Shown: positions 1 to 8,640 of the stretch, piece after piece
Layout of the letters: every line of letters begins with the position of its first letter
Position numbering within the stretch: the first letter of the stretch is position 1
Assembly: GCF_000981785.2 (NCBI RefSeq)
Contig: NZ_CP011304.1
Span: forward strand, 2,580,001-2,612,000
Source of the DNA: Microcystis aeruginosa NIES-2549
GTDB taxonomy: Bacteria > Cyanobacteriota > Cyanobacteriia > Cyanobacteriales > Microcystaceae
DNA length: 32,000 bases
Direction: 5' to 3'
Translations under genes and position numbers: made by a program
The notes under the pieces: model-generated
Told to the model about the DNA's origin: nothing
Databases searched by the model: none
The model's input: only the letters and a program-made list of their open reading frames with translations

Positions 1-2313
1 GCCCAGATTAAACCAAACTCGATGGCAGCGACGGTAATGGCGCTCGGTATTCATGTTGACACGGGTTCCCTGACTTTTGCCGGTAGTACCCCCAGGGATG
101 CCTATGCTTTGGCTTGGTTAATGACCTGTGCTGCTAACATTAAAACGATCGCCCAATACTGTCAACCGAGTTTTTCCCCGCGCTTACAGGAGTTATTTAG
201 CCTTGCTTGGGAAAATCTAGAGATTAAAACGATCCATGACCGTAAAATCGCCCACGTTCTCCTCCATACTGCCGATTTTATCCCCGGTTTGTCTAGTGTA
301 GCCGAGCGCCTAATGGAATTATCCGATAGTGATGCGTTACTTTTCGGCCATAGTTATAGTAAAGACGAGGAAGATAATTCCCGACAGCGTTTAACTGTGA
401 TCGGTCGCGCTAGGATCGATGGAGTGAATCTATATCGGCTTTTTTCCCCCTATAACGGCGGTGGTCATGCTCAGGCCGCTTCGGTGAGTTTTCGCGATGT
501 TCAGCCAGTTCAACAGTTAAACCAACTGCTGGGGGACTTAATTGCTCAAATTCCTCCTTCTCCCACCGCTAGGGATTTAATGTCTTCCCCGGTGCGGACA
601 ATTCGTCCCGATACTTCCATATCTCAAGCCGAGCGCATCCTTTTCCGTTACGGCCATTCGGGGTTATCAGTGGTAGATGAGCAGGATCGCTTAGTTGGGG
701 TGATTTCTCGTCGTGACCTCGATTTAGCTCTCCATCACGGCTTTTCTCGCTCTCCCGTGAAGGGATACATGACTTGTAATCCGAAAACTATTACCCCGGA
801 CACTTCCCTTCAGGAAATCGAGTCGCTGATGGTAACCTATGATTTAGGGCGTTTACCTGTACTAGAAAACGGGCAGTTAGTCGGTATCGTCACTCGTACA
901 GATGTATTAAGACAGATTCATCAAAATGAGCGGGTGCGTTTTGAAGGGGTTGCTTTGGTTTCCTGTCTTTTACCGACGATTAAAGAGCGTTTAGAGCCGG
1001 TTTTATGGTCATTCCTGCAAGCTGCCGCCGCTGCCGCTCAACAACGGGGTTGGCATCTCTATCTGGTTGGGGGTGCGGTGCGCGATTTACTTTTAGCGGC
1101 AGAAAGGGATACTTTATTGTTACAGGATATCGATTTAGTGGTGGATGGCTGCCATCGCGCCGCCGGTGTGGGTGCGGGGGTAGAATTGGCTAATTGTTTA
1201 CGCGAAATTTATCCGGGGGCCCGGTTATCGATTCACGGGGAATTTCAGACGGCGGCTTTGTTATGGCACAAAGATGAGCGTTTTGGCTCGTTATGGGTGG
1301 ATATCGCCACGGCACGCACGGAATTCTATCCCTATCCTGCCAGTAATCCCCAAGTGGAGGCTAGTTCGATTCGACAGGATTTGTATAGAAGGGATTTTAC
1401 AATTAATGCTCTGGCAATTCGCCTAACTTCGCCGAAAGAGGGGGAATTACTCGACTTTTTTGGTGGTATGTTGGATTTACGCGCTCAAGAAATCCGGGTT
1501 CTCCACGCTAATAGTTTTATTGAGGATCCGACGCGCATCTATCGAGCGGTGCGTTTTGCCACTCGGTTAAGATTTGTTATTGAACCCTTGACAGAAAGCT
1601 ATATTAGGTATGCGATCGAAAGTGGGGTTTATGATCGCTCGCGGCAAGAAAATCAGAATGCACCCGCTTTACAGTCCCGTTTAAAAGCGGAGTTGAATTA
1701 TATTTTAGAGGCGGATTACTGGGAAAGTGCCTTAGCAAAGTTGGCTGATTTGGGGGCTTTGCACTGTTTACACGGGGATTTAAGTTTAAATCGGGCTTTA
1801 TGGCGACAATTGCGCTGTCTCAGTCGTTGGTTAGATTGTTTAAGTCTGGAATTGCCGGTGAATGCTTGGTTAATGCGGTTGGAATTATTAATCGCTTCTC
1901 TGGCTGTGGGGGAAAGAATAGCGATCGCTAATAATTTACAATTGCCCAAAGATACAGTGGAGCGTTTACAAAAACTAGAAGTTATGGAAAGGGAGATTAG
2001 CAATAATTTTGCTTATGATCGACCCGTTAGTCAAATTGTCAGCTTTTTCAAGAGTTATCAGGTTCCTAGTTTGTTATTGGTGGCGGTGAGGAGTGAGACT
2101 AGGATGCGGGCTTTAATCTGGCAATATTTAACTAAATGGTCTCAGATAGAGGCTCCTATCGACGGCAATGACCTAAAAGCTTTGGGTTATCAACCGGGTC
2201 CCCAGTTTAAATCGTTACTTGCGGCAGTGTTGGGGGCAACTTTAGATGGAATAGTCAGCAATAAAAGCGAAGCTATGGCTTTTATTGCTAGTTTAACTAA
2301 GTCAGCAGATTAG
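1..2313 (+). CDS. Multidomain CBS / poly(A) polymerase-tRNA nucleotidyltransferase family protein, N-terminal DHH-like part cut by the window edge
   Basis: The frame is open from nt 1, with no stop before the ATG at 22. Two CBS-like segments are present (VRTIRPD...GLSVVDEQDRLVGVISRRD and ...LGRLPVLENGQLVGIVTRTD). Nucleotidyltransferase head motifs are GGAVRDLLL, DIDLVV and RRDFTINALA. The stop is TAG at 2311-2313. Confidence 0.85.
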   Translation, partial: AQIKPNSMAATVMALGIHVDTGSLTFAGSTPRDAYALAWLMTCAANIKTIAQYCQPSFSPRLQELFSLAWENLEIKTIHDRKIAHVLLHTADFIPGLSSVAERLMELSDSDALLFGHSYSKDEEDNSRQRLTVIGRARIDGVNLYRLFSPYNGGGHAQAASVSFRDVQPVQQLNQLLGDLIAQIPPSPTARDLMSSPVRTIRPDTSISQAERILFRYGHSGLSVVDEQDRLVGVISRRDLDLALHHGFSRSPVKGYMTCNPKTITPDTSLQEIESLMVTYDLGRLPVLENGQLVGIVTRTDVLRQIHQNERVRFEGVALVSCLLPTIKERLEPVLWSFLQAAAAAAQQRGWHLYLVGGAVRDLLLAAERDTLLLQDIDLVVDGCHRAAGVGAGVELANCLREIYPGARLSIHGEFQTAALLWHKDERFGSLWVDIATARTEFYPYPASNPQVEASSIRQDLYRRDFTINALAIRLTSPKEGELLDFFGGMLDLRAQEIRVLHANSFIEDPTRIYRAVRFATRLRFVIEPLTESYIRYAIESGVYDRSRQENQNAPALQSRLKAELNYILEADYWESALAKLADLGALHCLHGDLSLNRALWRQLRCLSRWLDCLSLELPVNAWLMRLELLIASLAVGERIAIANNLQLPKDTVERLQKLEVMEREISNNFAYDRPVSQIVSFFKSYQVPSLLLVAVRSETRMRALIWQYLTKWSQIEAPIDGNDLKALGYQPGPQFKSLLAAVLGATLDGIVSNKSEAMAFIASLTKSAD

Positions 2314-2474
2314 GTATCGGCTGCCCCTTCATTTTCCGAAGATTGTCTTTGATCGCTGGAATAACCGCCTCTACCTCCTCTGGTGGTGGTACGATTAGAG
2401 GCAGCCCGGAATTGACGAGCGTAGGCGCGGTTGCGTTCCGCTTTTTCTTTTTTCAAATTACGACGTTTAGCCAC
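2310..2474 (-). CDS. Small, highly basic 54-aa protein (GTG start), not in the ORF track
   Basis: The minus strand reads AAGGAG-ATTCTT-GTG, then VAKRRNLKKEKAERNRAYARQFRAASNRTTTRGGRGGYSSDQRQSSENEGAADT, then TAA. An in-frame stop lies just upstream, so the ORF is bounded. It sits directly downstream of the rbp gene on the same strand. Confidence 0.5.
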   Translation of the reverse strand: MAKRRNLKKEKAERNRAYARQFRAASNRTTTRGGRGGYSSDQRQSSENEGAADT

Positions 2475-2586
2475 AAGAATCTCCTTGGGATATTAGATAG
2501 ACAAGCGGGGAAACGAGCGATCGCTTCCCCTATTGACAATGAAAAGAAGTTAGGTAATCATAGCCTAGAATGGTTACGATCAGGGA

Positions 2587-2880
2587 TTAGTAGCGACGAT
2601 CTCGATTGCGATCACCACCAGCGAAAGAAGATCTGGGTTCTTTTTCACGAGCTTGATTGACTTTTAATTCTCGTCCCATCCATTGAGCGCCGTCAAGAGC
2701 GGCAATAGCCTTCGCTTCTTGCTCTGGGGTTTCCATTTCCACGAAAGCGAACCCGCGTTTTCTTTTCGTTTCCCGATCCATGGGAAAGTGAACGCGCTTG
2801 ATTTCACCATATTCGGTAAAAACCTCAACTACGTCTTCTTGGTCAACCTCGAAGGGGAGATTACCAACATAAATTGACAT
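2587..2880 (-). CDS. RRM-type RNA-binding protein (cyanobacterial Rbp family)
   Basis: RNP motifs are present from the internal Met: MSIYVGNLPFEV (RNP2) and KRGFAFVEM (RNP1), with a short basic C-terminal tail. The longer track ORF (to 2952) adds a non-conserved leader, so the ATG at 2880 is preferred. Confidence 0.9.
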   Translation of the reverse strand: MSIYVGNLPFEVDQEDVVEVFTEYGEIKRVHFPMDRETKRKRGFAFVEMETPEQEAKAIAALDGAQWMGRELKVNQAREKEPRSSFAGGDRNRDRRY

Positions 2881-3121
2881 AAAACCTATCCTTGCACAGA
2901 TAAAAACAACAGATTTGTAGAGAACCAAGATTTCGGGAACTAGCTGAACCAATACTAAACAGAAACGCTTTGACCATTAATACTGACAACGAGCCGCAGT
3001 GCCGACTTTTATTCTCGATTTCCATCCTAGCACATAGCTATTAGCTTTGATCGATGCTGCCTCTCCCGCCACCCGAGCAGATAAACTAGACTAGAATGCT
3101 GCCCTATAAAATGCCCTAATT

Positions 3122-4126
3122 ATGAGTTTATCCCCCCATCCGATCGAAACTGCCCTAAAAACCCTGGCAGGGAAAGCGGAAAATTCCATCGAACAAACAA
3201 CAACCCTAGAAGACTTAGAACAGCTAAGGGTGAATTATCTCGGTAAGAAAGGAGAATTATCGCAGATTTTACGCGAAATGGGCAAATTAAGCCCCGAAGA
3301 GAGACCGCGATTAGGTGCGATCGCTAATGAGGTAAAAGAATCAGTACAATCGCTGCTGGAATCCCAGCGAGAAAGTCTCCAGAATGCCCAAATTAAGGCG
3401 AAATTAGCGGCGGAAACCCTCGATGTCACCCTGCCTGCTCTTAGCCGTCCTTTAGGGCGAATTCACCCCTTAAATAGCACAGTTGATCGCATGATCGATA
3501 TTTTCGTCGGTCTGGGTTACAGCATCGCCACCGGGCCGCAGGTAGAAACCGATTATTATAATTTTGAGGCTTTAAATATCCCTGCTGACCATCCGGCCCG
3601 GGATATGCAGGATACTTTTTTCTTGAGGGATGGTCGTTTATTGCGGACCCATACCTCCCCGGTGCAGATTCGCTACATGGAAAGTCACGAACCCCCGATT
3701 CGGATTGTGGCCCCGGGCCGGGTTTATCGTCGCGATACCGTGGATGCAACCCATTCTGCGGTTTTCCATCAAGTGGAATTATTAGCGGTGGACCGGGGAT
3801 TAACCTTTACGGATTTGAAAGGAACAATTAAAGAATTTCTTAAGCAAATGTTTGGGGCCGATTTACCGGTTAAATTCCGCGCTTCCTACTTCCCTTTTAC
3901 CGAACCCTCGGCCGAGGTAGATGTACAGTGGAAAGGCAAATGGTTGGAGGTGATGGGCTGTGGTATGGTGGATCCCAATGTCTTAAAAGCAGTCGGTTAT
4001 GACCCCCAAATCTATACGGGTTTTGCTGCCGGTTTTGGTGTGGAAAGATTTGCTATGGTATTACATGAGATAGACGATATTCGCCGTTGTTATAATAGTG
4101 ATATCCGCTTTCTCCGCCAATTTTAG
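3122..4126 (+). CDS. pheS: Phenylalanine--tRNA ligase alpha subunit
   Basis: The 334-aa product has class II aaRS motifs ([37 protein letters not shown]), typical of PheS. Confidence 0.97.
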   Translation: MSLSPHPIETALKTLAGKAENSIEQTTTLEDLEQLRVNYLGKKGELSQILREMGKLSPEERPRLGAIANEVKESVQSLLESQRESLQNAQIKAKLAAETLDVTLPALSRPLGRIHPLNSTVDRMIDIFVGLGYSIATGPQVETDYYNFEALNIPADHPARDMQDTFFLRDGRLLRTHTSPVQIRYMESHEPPIRIVAPGRVYRRDTVDATHSAVFHQVELLAVDRGLTFTDLKGTIKEFLKQMFGADLPVKFRASYFPFTEPSAEVDVQWKGKWLEVMGCGMVDPNVLKAVGYDPQIYTGFAAGFGVERFAMVLHEIDDIRRCYNSDIRFLRQF

Positions 4127-4283
4127 GGGGATAAACCCGATGGTCAAGAGTGAAGATTTAACCAAAAAAAGACTCCTATCCGTGGCTTGTCATCGAAAAT
4201 TTGGGTCTGAAACCCCGCCGTTTTACGACGGCTTTACCGTTAAATATTAGCGCATTTACACGATATATGCTAAAATGTGAGAC

Positions 4284-5396
4284 ATGGAAAAAGCCTATTC
4301 TTACCGATTTTACCCAACACCCGAACAAGAGTCGCTATTGCGGCGCACTTTGGGATGTGTAAGATTAGTTTACAATAAGGCTCTCCATCTCAGAACACAA
4401 GCATGGTACGAAAAGCAAGAAAGAGTAGGCTACGCTCAAACTTCTTCAATGCTAACCGATTGGAAAAAACAAGAAGAATTAGAGTTTTTAAACGAAGTTA
4501 GCTGTGTACCCTTACAACAAGGGTTAAGACATTTACAAACAGCTTTTACTAATTTCTTTGCTGGTCGTACTAAGTATCCTAACTTTAAGAAAAAACATCA
4601 GGGAGGAAGTGCCGAATTTACCAAGTCAGCCTTTAAATTTAAAGACAGACAAATCTATTTAGCCAAATGCACAGAACCTTTACCTATTCGATGGTCAAGA
4701 CAAATACCAGACGGATGTGAACCAAGCACAGTAACAGTCAGATTACATCCTTCTGGACGTTGGCATATCTCAATAAGATTTGATGACCCAACAATTAAGC
4801 CATTACCAGTAACAGATAAAGCCATTGGAATTGACTTAGGAATTAGTAGGCTTGTGATTACCAGCAATGGCGATAAAGTATCTAATCCTAAGCACTTTAA
4901 AAAGCATTATCGGAGACTGCGAAAGGCACAAAAAAGCCTTTCTAGAAAACAGAAAGGGTCAAAAAATCGGGAAAAAGCGAGAATCAAAGTAGCCAAGATT
5001 CACGCTCAAATCACCGATAGCAGAAAAGACCATTTACATAAGCTAACCACTCAATTAGTTCGTGAAAACCAAACGATTGTAGTTGAGAATTTAGCCGTTA
5101 AGAATATGGTCAAAAACCCCAAGTTATCTCAGGCAATATCTGATGTAAGCTGGGGAGAAATCACTCGACAATTAGCCTATAAATGCCGTTGGTACGGCAG
5201 AAATTACATCGAAATAGATAGATGGTTTCCCAGTTCTAAAAGATGTAGTAATTGCGGGTATATTGCTGAAAAAATGCCGTTAAATGTTCGAGAATGGGAT
5301 TGTCCAGACTGTGGAACACACCATGACCGAGATATTAACGCCAGTAAAAACATTTTGGCCGCAGGGCTTGCGGTGTCAGTCTGTAGAGCGACCTGA
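4284..5396 (+). CDS. tnpB: TnpB (IS605 OrfB-type RNA-guided endonuclease/transposase accessory protein)
   Basis: The N-terminus is the typical OrfB type (YRFYPTPEQESLLRRTLGCVRLVYNKAL). RuvC-like residues appear intact (IGIDLGI, VVENL, HDRDINASKNI), as does the zinc finger CSNCGY...CPDCG. Confidence 0.93.
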   Translation: MEKAYSYRFYPTPEQESLLRRTLGCVRLVYNKALHLRTQAWYEKQERVGYAQTSSMLTDWKKQEELEFLNEVSCVPLQQGLRHLQTAFTNFFAGRTKYPNFKKKHQGGSAEFTKSAFKFKDRQIYLAKCTEPLPIRWSRQIPDGCEPSTVTVRLHPSGRWHISIRFDDPTIKPLPVTDKAIGIDLGISRLVITSNGDKVSNPKHFKKHYRRLRKAQKSLSRKQKGSKNREKARIKVAKIHAQITDSRKDHLHKLTTQLVRENQTIVVENLAVKNMVKNPKLSQAISDVSWGEITRQLAYKCRWYGRNYIEIDRWFPSSKRCSNCGYIAEKMPLNVREWDCPDCGTHHDRDINASKNILAAGLAVSVCRAT

Positions 5397-5514
5397 TGAC
5401 CAGAACAGAGTAAATCTGTTAAGGCAGGTGCGAAAAATCCTTCGGGAAAGAAGCAGAAACTCAAATCGTGAGGTTTGGGAATCGCCGTCCGTTTACGGCG
5501 GTGAGGATGTCAAT
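5397..5514 (+). ncRNA. Putative TnpB guide-RNA (omega/reRNA) scaffold at the IS right end; the 5' limit is unknown and may lie inside tnpB
   Basis: In this IS family the guide RNA is encoded at the tnpB 3' end through the right end. The segment holds several small hairpins (AACAG-AGTAAAT-CTGTT and CGAA-AAATCC-TTCG) plus the RE hairpin. Confidence 0.35.
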
Positions 5515-5742
5515 TCTGATGATGGAACGGTGAAGGAAAACGCCAAAGAAGCTTTAAACTTTCACCTGAATATGTGGTTATACTACCTAATTGCTGGGAT
5601 TCTGGTTTGGGTTTTAATCGGTTATTTGCTCTTACCGATTCTTGCTGTGGTGAACATTGTTCTCCCCATTCTTGCTATCCTGCAAGTCTGGAAAGATGCC
5701 TATAAGGTTTTCCGTTATCCTTTCATTTTCAGGGTTCTGTAA
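5515..5742 (+). pseudogene. 3' part of a small membrane-protein gene (DUF4870-like), next to or interrupted by the IS
   Basis: The sequence SDDGTVKENAKEALNFHLNMW, two hydrophobic helices and YRYPFIFRVL resemble the C-terminal two thirds of DUF4870-type proteins. The 152-aa track ORF (5284-5742) is a read-through from inside tnpB and the IS end. A strong terminator follows. Confidence 0.5.
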
Positions 5743-5752
5743 TTAATTATCG

Positions 5753-5780
5753 GGGTTGAAACCTGTTCAACCCTTTTTTA
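5753..5780 (+). terminator. Rho-independent terminator
   Basis: GGGTTGAA-ACCTG-TTCAACCC forms an 8-bp stem followed by TTTTTTA, immediately after the stop at 5742. Confidence 0.65.
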
Positions 5781-5816
5781 GTCCTATTCCCACTAGAAAA
5801 ATAGCCTCTGGAGTTT

Positions 5817-6944
5817 ATGACTAAAATTGTCATCATCGGTGCGGGGATAGTGGGGGCCACCATTGCCTACGAATTAAGCGCCATCGCAGGATTAGAAATT
5901 ACCCTCATCGATGAAAAAAAACCGGGACAAGGAGCAACCGGGGCAGCCCTAGGGATTTTAATGGGCATTATCAGCCATAAAACCAAAGGTAGAGCCTGGA
6001 AACTGCGGCAAGAAAGTTTAAAACGCTACGAAACCCTCCTTCCTGAGCTAGAATCCCTCACCGGACTGACTATTCCCTGTAACCGTGATGGTATTGTCCT
6101 ACTGCGATCGAGTGCCGAAGACGAAGAAAATTGGCGCAAGTTAGCCCAAATCCGCCAAGAACAGGGATATTGTCTAGAAATCTGGGATAAAGAGACTTTA
6201 AAGCAAAAATGTCCCCAGGTGGCCGGGGAGCATCTCCAGGGTGCTATCTATTCTCCCAGTGATCGTCAAATTAACCCAGTCCTGCTCACGGAGGCTCTCG
6301 TCACTGCTGCGGCAAGAAGGGGGGTAAAATGTAAATTTGGGGTAAAAGTTGAAAATTTCGGGAAGACAGAGCTTCAAGGTGCTAATTTGAGGCAATGCAC
6401 CCAGGTTTATAGTTCCAATGGTATAGAGGAAACCGACTCTTTGATTCTTTGTGCGGGAATCGGTGCCACTGCTTTAACCGAAACTCTTACCCATCCAGTG
6501 GAAATCCGACCGGTTTTAGGGCAAGCTTTACAGATAAAATTGACGCAACCCTTAGAAAGTTCCGATTTTAAGCCGATTTTAACGGGAAATGACCTGCATA
6601 TTCTGCCTTTGGCCCGAGCAGAATACTGGATTGGAGCAACGGTGGAATTTATGGACGAAAAGGGCGAAATTATCGCCGATACTGCCCTATTAGAACAAGT
6701 GTATCAAAAGGCGATCACTTTTTGTCCCTCTTTGGCTGCGGGTGCGATCGTGCGTACTTGGTCCGGTAAGCGACCGCGACCGGAGAAAAAATCCGCTCCC
6801 ATCATCGAATATTTGCCCGGATACGATAACGTTATTCTGGCCACGGGACACTACCGCAACGGGGTTTTATTGGCCCCCGCTACCGCTAAAATCGTCAGGG
6901 AAATGTTAAGTGGTAAGTTAGGGTTGGCTGAAAAAGTTTGTTGA
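5817..6944 (+). CDS. FAD-dependent oxidoreductase (DAO / glycine oxidase-like family)
   Basis: An N-terminal Rossmann motif (KIVIIGAGIVGATIAYEL...LIDE) is present. The length and the C-terminal GHYRNGVLLAP are typical of the DAO family. Confidence 0.85.
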   Translation: MTKIVIIGAGIVGATIAYELSAIAGLEITLIDEKKPGQGATGAALGILMGIISHKTKGRAWKLRQESLKRYETLLPELESLTGLTIPCNRDGIVLLRSSAEDEENWRKLAQIRQEQGYCLEIWDKETLKQKCPQVAGEHLQGAIYSPSDRQINPVLLTEALVTAAARRGVKCKFGVKVENFGKTELQGANLRQCTQVYSSNGIEETDSLILCAGIGATALTETLTHPVEIRPVLGQALQIKLTQPLESSDFKPILTGNDLHILPLARAEYWIGATVEFMDEKGEIIADTALLEQVYQKAITFCPSLAAGAIVRTWSGKRPRPEKKSAPIIEYLPGYDNVILATGHYRNGVLLAPATAKIVREMLSGKLGLAEKVC

Positions 6945-7420
6945 TGGGGTTAGGGGTCAGTATTCTCCGAGTCAGGAGATTATTTTTATTTATTCTCCCC
7001 TCTCTACAATAATTACTCGCATCCAGAAATACGTTGGTGTGTATCATACTTTGTGCTTTTTGTCAAAAAAACTTTTTTTTTGCAATAAAACTACATAAAA
7101 AAAAGATCATCGTTGTGGGTGAAATTGACTGATTTACCCGTCTTAATTAGGATCACCTTCTAGGTGTGGGAAGGGTTTCAACCACTGCTGCCCAAAAAAG
7201 CACAGAAAAACCCATCATGAAATTCTATCAAATCGCTGTAACCATCATAACATCGTTGTTAAATAAAAATCTTTCTCAATTAATTCTTAAGAATTTATAA
7301 ATATTGCGGAATGTTAATTTAAATATTCTCAAGTGTTTGCAGTCAATAAATAATTTTTGCTTATCTTTGTCGGAAAATAGAACTCCTGCAACAATCCAAC
7401 ATCTACCATTGGGTTAGGAG

Positions 7421-7536
7421 TCAGTTATCAGTTATCAGTTAACTGAGAAAACTCCCCACACCCTACACCCTACACCCTACACCCCACACCCCACACCCCA
7501 CACCCCACTTCCCCAATTCCCCAATTCCCCACTCCC
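7421..7536. repeat. Heptamer/octamer short tandem repeat array (STRR-like)
   Basis: The array contains (CAGTTAT)n, then (CCCTACA/CCCCACA)n in about 8 units, then (TTCCCCAA)n. There is no spacer structure. Confidence 0.85.
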
Positions 7537-7551
7537 TGCTATCGGCAGCCG

Positions 7552-7953
7552 ATGACCCTATCTGAACAAGAAAGACAACAACTCTGTGACACTGCTCGGG
7601 AAGTGGCGAAACTTTCCTATTCTCCCTATTCCCGTTTTCGGGTGGGGGCAGCGGTCTTGACAGATAAAAAGATTTATGCTGGTACTAATGTAGAGAACGC
7701 TAGTTATGGCTTGAGTTTGTGTGCGGAAAGGGCAACTTTAGCGCAAATCATCGCGGCGGGCGATCGAGAAGTACGGGCGATCGCTATAGCCTGTATCGAT
7801 GGGAAGGATGATATTAGTCAGTTAACTCCCTGCGGAGCCTGTCGTCAATGGATAGCCGAATTAGCGCCGCAAGCGGAGATTATTATCTGTGGAACCCAGC
7901 AAAATTATCGTTTTAATCTCTCGGATTTACTGCCTTTTTCCTTTCGTTTTTAA
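7552..7953 (+). CDS. cdd: Cytidine deaminase
   Basis: The 133-aa product carries the zinc-binding motifs CAERATL and PCGACRQW. Confidence 0.9.
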   Translation: MTLSEQERQQLCDTAREVAKLSYSPYSRFRVGAAVLTDKKIYAGTNVENASYGLSLCAERATLAQIIAAGDREVRAIAIACIDGKDDISQLTPCGACRQWIAELAPQAEIIICGTQQNYRFNLSDLLPFSFRF

Positions 7954-8061
7954 CTGTGGGTAAAGTATCGGGGTTAAGGTACTACAACAACGGCTAAGAT
8001 AACTGGTATAAGAGCCATGATCTGACAAAACATTAGTATCTAGTAAATACTTGAGAGTCAT
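7927..8061 (-). pseudogene. N-terminal remnant of a PIN-domain (VapC-like) toxin
   Basis: The minus-strand ORF begins MTLKYLLDTNVLSD, a canonical PIN N-terminus. It then degenerates and stops after 44 aa inside the cdd 3' end. It lies 32 nt downstream of the antitoxin-like ORF. Confidence 0.4.
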
Positions 8062-8093
8062 AAATGAACATCTCTCCCGGTTGAGTTGTCGCG

Positions 8094-8273
8094 TCAATTA
8101 TCAAAAGTATCATCATCAAGACTTGTCAAATCTACCCTTTGCCTAAAATCTTGCAAGGCTGACCAAAAATCATTAACCTCTCTAATTTCTACTAATACCT
8201 CTTCATTATCGGGAAAATCAACTTCCTCTAATAACTCAATAATTTTGCCTTTTTTAATTCCTTTAACTAACAT
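8094..8273 (-). CDS. Small antitoxin-like protein (DUF104/AbrB-like pattern), 59 aa, not in the ORF track
   Basis: GGAG lies 8 nt upstream of the ATG. The product is MLVKGIKKGKIIELLEEVDFPDNEEVLVEIREV... with an acidic tail, the pattern of small antitoxins that pair with PIN toxins in cyanobacteria. Confidence 0.5.
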   Translation of the reverse strand: MLVKGIKKGKIIELLEEVDFPDNEEVLVEIREVNDFWSALQDFRQRVDLTSLDDDTFDN

Positions 8274-8308
8274 AATATCAACTCCTTCTAAATGACTCGA
8301 TTGTAGAA

Positions 8309-8428
<120 letters not shown>

Positions 8429-8640
8429 CTACTCACTGAAACTCATGGCACATTTTTTATATGTTTTGTCTATTACTTGAACGGGATATATTCAACTGTA
8501 TTGAACCATAGATCTGGTTGAAAAGCCCAAGTAAATTTCCAGTGGGGCTAAAGCTGACGAATATTACTAAAATCTCGCTAAATTGAAGATATGCTACTTG
8601 TCTTAGGCTGCTTCATCTCCAACACTTAAGAGGCTAATAA

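Larger units (their letters stand above)
4194..5514 (+). mobile_element. IS200/IS605-family element carrying tnpB only (IS1341-like, no tnpA)
   Basis: Subterminal hairpins with related sequence lie at both ends: LE GCCGT-TTTACG-ACGGC (4217-4232) and RE ATCGCCGT-CCGTTT-ACGGCGGT (5481-5502). Boundaries are inferred from a shared motif, TTGTCAT (4187-4193) at the left flank and ATGTCAAT (5507-5514) at the right end. tnpB lies inside. Confidence 0.7.

Noticed and set aside
1005-2003. Internal or antisense ORFs 1005-1193 (+) and 1716-2003 (-)
   Set aside because: They are nested within the well-supported 763-aa CDS, and their translations are Arg/Cys-rich and nonsense-like. The same reasoning applies to 3235-3429, 3441-3749, 4655-4867, 5204-5464, 6198-6395, 14342-14617, 20482-20694, 21641-21862, 22247-22483, 25282-25467, 29952-30164 and 31405-31611.
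2310-2474. Small basic ORF as ribosomal protein S21 (rpsU), which follows rbp genes in some cyanobacteria
   Set aside because: The sequence does not resemble the conserved S21 N-terminus (MTQV..GENE.IESALRRFKR) as I recall it. Only the basic character is shared.
2343-2660. 105-aa plus-strand ORF (and 2683-2877)
   Set aside because: It is antisense to the small basic ORF and to the rbp gene, and its translation is not protein-like.
5284-5742. 152-aa track ORF as a real gene
   Set aside because: Its first half is an alternative frame inside tnpB and the IS right end. Only the part after about 5515 looks like genuine (DUF4870-like) coding sequence.
7421-7536. Tandem repeat arrays (also 26721-26874) as possible CRISPR arrays
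   Set aside because: The units are 7-8 nt and directly abutting, with no 25-40 nt repeats, no unique spacers and no cas genes. They are STRR-type microsatellites.
8086-8295. 69-aa plus-strand ORF
   Set aside because: The product is Ser-rich and low-complexity with a TTG start. It is antisense to a better-supported ATG ORF with an SD and an antitoxin-like sequence.
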